NCBI RefSeq assembly: GCF_052425735.1
Contig: NC_135761.1
Span: forward strand, 13,702,001-13,766,000
Length of the DNA stretch: 64,000 nucleotides
DNA from: Oculina patagonica
Lineage: Eukaryota
Reading direction: 5' to 3'
How positions within the stretch are numbered: position 1 is the first letter of the stretch; every line of letters begins with the position of its first letter. The notes beneath the pieces were generated by a model, which made no database searches, had not been told where the DNA came from, and saw nothing but the letters and a program-made list of their open reading frames with translations. Below are positions 62,497 to 64,000 of this stretch, one piece after another. The translations under genes were made by a program, and so were the position numbers.

Positions 62497-64000
62497 TTAA
62501 GCGCAAATTATTGGTCAGCAGCACTCTCGCCTAGCTAACGCTCGCTCATCGAGCTCTTATTATTTTTTTAAACTGACTCATTTTTTTATTAATGAGCTTG
62601 ATTGTCGCAGCTTCTCCTATCATTCCGTTTCTTACATTGTTTTATAAATCACACTTGGTATATTGCTGTGCCAATGTACATTTTTGCTGTTTTATATTGT
62701 GTCGAAACCCGAAGTAACATATAACTCTCCTTGGTCGCATACTCCTGTCTTCGCACTCCGCGTGTTACTGGGAACAAACCGTCGCTGCCTGATGTCGGAC
62801 TTTCCTATTATCTCTCTTACCCAAACTATTATTTCTCTAAGGAGTCCCCCGGAGTCCATGAGTTAGAATAAAACGATGTATCGCCACCCTCTCTCTCCTC
62901 TGCAGAGGCCTTTTTTTCGTACAGGCTGGGAAATGCGGAGAGGTGAAAAATAAGCGAGCTGAGCATGGGAAAAATGGTAACGAAAGCGCGCTCTCCCTAT
63001 TTCTCATTTTTCTTGTTTTTTGGCCTTCCTGTACGTGAAGCGCGATTCTGATTGGTTGGCAACATCTTATTTTGAATTTGATTGTTTGCACGTGACTAAA
63101 CACGTCTATTTGTCAAGTCGTAAAAGAAAAGCTGTCGCGAAATTAAGTTTGAGGGTTTGAAAAGCCTTTGGAGTCCCCCTGTATTTTTTGATGGCCAAAA
63201 ATCGTCCCCAGAATATCTTAGGTAGCTTACTCCGCTATACTACAACGCAATGTCGTAACATCGGTCACTGAAGATCGATAAAAAAAGACTACACAATAAT
63301 AACAATCAGCACTTGAAGTTTTATTGAAAATACCATTTATCATTTGTTCTTTCCCTACACTAAAGTTCACCTCACAAAGACTACGAACCAACTATTCTGC
63401 AAAATATTTTTAATTCACCGGGTACAAAAATAGCTGAAAACGGATTTTATGTGACTACCAGCAACAATAATCGGAAAGTTGTCGAGCGCCACTAGCTAAT
63501 CTTTTTCGACTTTTGCAGCTTAAATTGAACATTTTACGGTATTCTCAAAATAGCTTTGAAAAATATGGCAAAATACTTATATAAAAACTGTTCTAGTTTT
63601 GAATCTGCTTGTAAAGCAATATAAGTTTACCAAGCACGAATTTTAAGAAGTCGAAGCGACAAAACATGCAATATGATTCGCAGCGACAAAAACTATAATT
63701 AAATGTCCAACCTCGTACAAAATGTCTGTTAATTGCGGTATTTTAGTGAAAAGGGGTCGAAACTCAAGTATTATAAACCTCTGAATTACAATAAATAACT
63801 CTGGTAAATTCCTTCAACAATTTACATCTCACAAGTATGATAAATCACGTCATTGGCTACAAACTTACATTTCGGGTAAGAGCAAACGATTTGCAACACA
63901 AATGCTCTTCGTAAGTAGCAGTAGCCATTATTTTGGTTATATTATAACTATGTTTTAAAATTTCTCCCTTGTGAAAAATAATCTATTTAATTTATTCTTC

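Overview
Eukaryotic, intron-rich, AT-rich animal DNA. It is most consistent with an anthozoan cnidarian (stony coral); this is inferred from the SINE/MITE repertoire and gene content, not proven. Contents: (1) the last eight coding exons and ~1.7 kb 3'UTR of a G-protein alpha-s (GNAS) gene on +, with a degenerate tandem copy of one exon; (2) three paralogous shortened Caspr/Neurexin-IV-like receptor genes (signal peptide-LamG-LamG-EGF-fibrinogen-like-S/T/P stalk-TM-tail), two on + and one on -, sharing one phase-2 intron; the first copy has a frame-disrupted stalk; (3) an intronless Mab-21/cGAS-like nucleotidyltransferase (cGLR candidate) between paralogs 1 and 2; (4) many non-autonomous DNA transposons (TA-, TTAA- and 9-10 bp-TSD types, a 1.7 kb foldback), SINEs, LINE tails and a Crypton-like fragment; (5) two N gaps, the second flanked by a ~6.1 kb near-identical duplication that is probably an uncollapsed haplotype. 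All family assignments come from reading motifs by eye; no database search was run.
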